From an uncultured delta proteobacterium (GTDB lineage: Bacteria; Myxococcota_A; Polyangia; Polyangiales; JAFGIB01), in NCBI GenBank assembly GCA_963778655.1, contig CAVZVA010000009.1:1024001-1088000 (forward strand): 64,000 nt of DNA. The letters run 5' to 3'. Shown piece after piece: positions 62,514-64,000 of this stretch. Each line of letters starts with the position of its first letter. The first letter of the stretch is position 1. Under the pieces are notes generated by a model that was not told the origin of the DNA, did not search any database, and saw nothing but the letters and a program-made list of their open reading frames with translations. The position numbers were made by a program, and so were the translations under genes.

Positions 62514-63563
62514 TCAGCCGCCGATCTGGTACATCTCGAGGCGGCGCCTGGGCCGGCCGGCCAGCTCGCCGCGCCGCTCGGAGTAGCGATCGTCGCGCGC
62601 GCGCCAAGCTGCGTGCAGCAGCTGCAGCAGCTCGGCGTCGGAGGCGCCCGCGCGCAGCAGGTCGCGCACGCTGGGGCCGGTGGCCGCGAACAGGCAGCCG
62701 AGGAAACGGCCGTCGGCCGAGAGCCGGCCGCGGTTGCAGCGCGCGCAGAATGGGCGCGTGACCGAGGCGATGATGCCGATCTCCCCGCGACCGTCGCAGT
62801 AGCGGAAGCGCTGCGCGACCTCGCCGTCCTGGCTCGGCGGCAGCGGCTCGAGCGGCGCGACGCGGCTCAGCCGGGCCACGATCTCTTCGGCCGGCACCAC
62901 CGCGCCGGCGTTCCAGTCGTTGAGCGTGCCGACGTCCATGAATTCGATGAAGCGCAGCACGTACGGGCTGTCGCGGAAGCGCAGGGCGAGCGCTTCGATC
63001 GCGTGCTCGTTGACGCCGCGTTGCACCACGCAGTTGAGCTTGATCGGGAAGAGCCCGGCGGCTTCGGCCGCGGCGATGCCGGTCAGCACGCGCTCGAGCT
63101 GGCCGCGGCCGCCGCTCATGCGCGCGAAGGTCGGCGCGTCGAGCGCGTCGAGGCTGACGGTGACGCGCGAGAGCCCGGCGCGGGCCAGCGCCTGCGCGTG
63201 CTCGGCCAGCAGGTGGCCGTTGGTGGTGAGGGTGAGGTCGCGCAGGCCCTCGATGCCCGCGAGCATGCGTACCAGCTCGGGCAGCTCGCGGCGCAGCAGC
63301 GGCTCGCCCCCGGTCAGGCGGATCTTGGACACGCCCAGGCCTTGCACTGCGATGCGGGCGACACGCGTGATTTCCTCGAAGCGCAGGATGTCTTCGCGCG
63401 AAAGGTAGGCGTAGCCGTCATGGAAGACGTCGGCCGGCATGCAATAGCCGCAGCGGAAGTTGCAGCGATCGGTGACGGAGATGCGCAGGTCGCGCAGCGG
63501 GCGGCCGAGCCGGTCCCGCAGGTCGGGCGCGGAGGGCGGGCCGGAAGCGGGCGCGGGTGCCAC
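62514..63563 (-). CDS. moaA: GTP 3',8-cyclase MoaA
   Basis: LRISVTDRCNFRCGYC, TGGEP, FCARCNR..GCLF, C-terminal IGG. Confidence 0.96.
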   Translation of the reverse strand: MAPAPASGPPSAPDLRDRLGRPLRDLRISVTDRCNFRCGYCMPADVFHDGYAYLSREDILRFEEITRVARIAVQGLGVSKIRLTGGEPLLRRELPELVRMLAGIEGLRDLTLTTNGHLLAEHAQALARAGLSRVTVSLDALDAPTFARMSGGRGQLERVLTGIAAAEAAGLFPIKLNCVVQRGVNEHAIEALALRFRDSPYVLRFIEFMDVGTLNDWNAGAVVPAEEIVARLSRVAPLEPLPPSQDGEVAQRFRYCDGRGEIGIIASVTRPFCARCNRGRLSADGRFLGCLFAATGPSVRDLLRAGASDAELLQLLHAAWRARDDRYSERRGELAGRPRRRLEMYQIGG

Positions 63564-63676
63564 CCGCGTTTCCTAGGGTACGCGCGCGCCGGCGGCAAGC
63601 GGTCTCGGGCCATCTGCGTCTCGAGCGTGCCGGAGCGGCGTGCTATGAAACCGCGCGCGCTGGCAGCGGAGGTGGC

Positions 63677-64000
63677 ATGGGCGAGGCAGTGTTCGTGGCA
63701 CGGTATGGCGGTCCCGAGGCGCTCGAGCCGCGGGCTCACGATCCCGGCGAGCCGGGGCCTGGGCAGGCGCGGGTGCGGGTCGAGGCCGCGGGGGTCAACT
63801 TCATCGATACCTACCAGCGCAGCGGGGCGTACGCGCGCAAGACGCCGTTTGTCGCCGGGCTCGAGGGCGCGGGCGTGGTCGAGCGCGTGGGGCAGGGGGT
63901 GACGGGGCTGCAGCCCGGCCAGCGCGTGGCGTGGGCGCAGGTGCCGGGCTCGTACGCGAGCGCGCTGCTGGCGCCGGCGGCGGCGCTGATCGCCATCCCC
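63677..64000 (+). CDS. NADPH:quinone oxidoreductase (zeta-crystallin family), truncated by the window edge
   Basis: Manual translation MGEAVFVARYGGPEALE..AAGVNFIDTYQRSGAY..GLEGAGVV. Confidence 0.88.
   Translation, partial: MGEAVFVARYGGPEALEPRAHDPGEPGPGQARVRVEAAGVNFIDTYQRSGAYARKTPFVAGLEGAGVVERVGQGVTGLQPGQRVAWAQVPGSYASALLAPAAALIAIP

Overview
High-GC bacterial chromosomal segment, most likely Myxococcota (Polyangia-like), judged from the PEGA proteins, many Gly/DAG-linker Cys-rich lipoproteins and a myxobacterial cysteine-rich repeat. Housekeeping loci: comEC, a complete iscS-iscU-iscA-hscB-hscA-fdx operon, tRNA-Arg(CCG), tonB-exbB-exbD-exbD, arfB, fabH-like, ribBA, a three-gene succinate dehydrogenase of the mycobacterial Sdh1 type, hemD, groES-groEL, TPP riboswitch-thiC, ald-lrp and moaA. 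An accessory block at about 3.2-14.2 kb holds three PEGA proteins, two tandem Cys-rich lipoproteins with alternating near-identical and hypervariable DNA blocks, an RCC1-repeat lipoprotein, and a toxin-first nucleotidyltransferase/HTH pair with a perfect inverted-repeat operator. Best candidates for undescribed systems: (i) a MerR-family regulator with a CxxC-x8-CxxC tail and its own palindromic operator heading the isc operon where IscR normally sits; (ii) the DUF6036-like NTase plus winged-HTH module, a candidate toxin-antitoxin or antiphage system; (iii) the mosaic Cys-rich lipoprotein cassettes; (iv) a flavinylated-protein plus His-rich membrane-protein pair behind a Fur-like box. Several single-base frameshifts in G/C runs suggest residual sequencing errors. 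All product calls come from motif recognition by eye; no database search was run.
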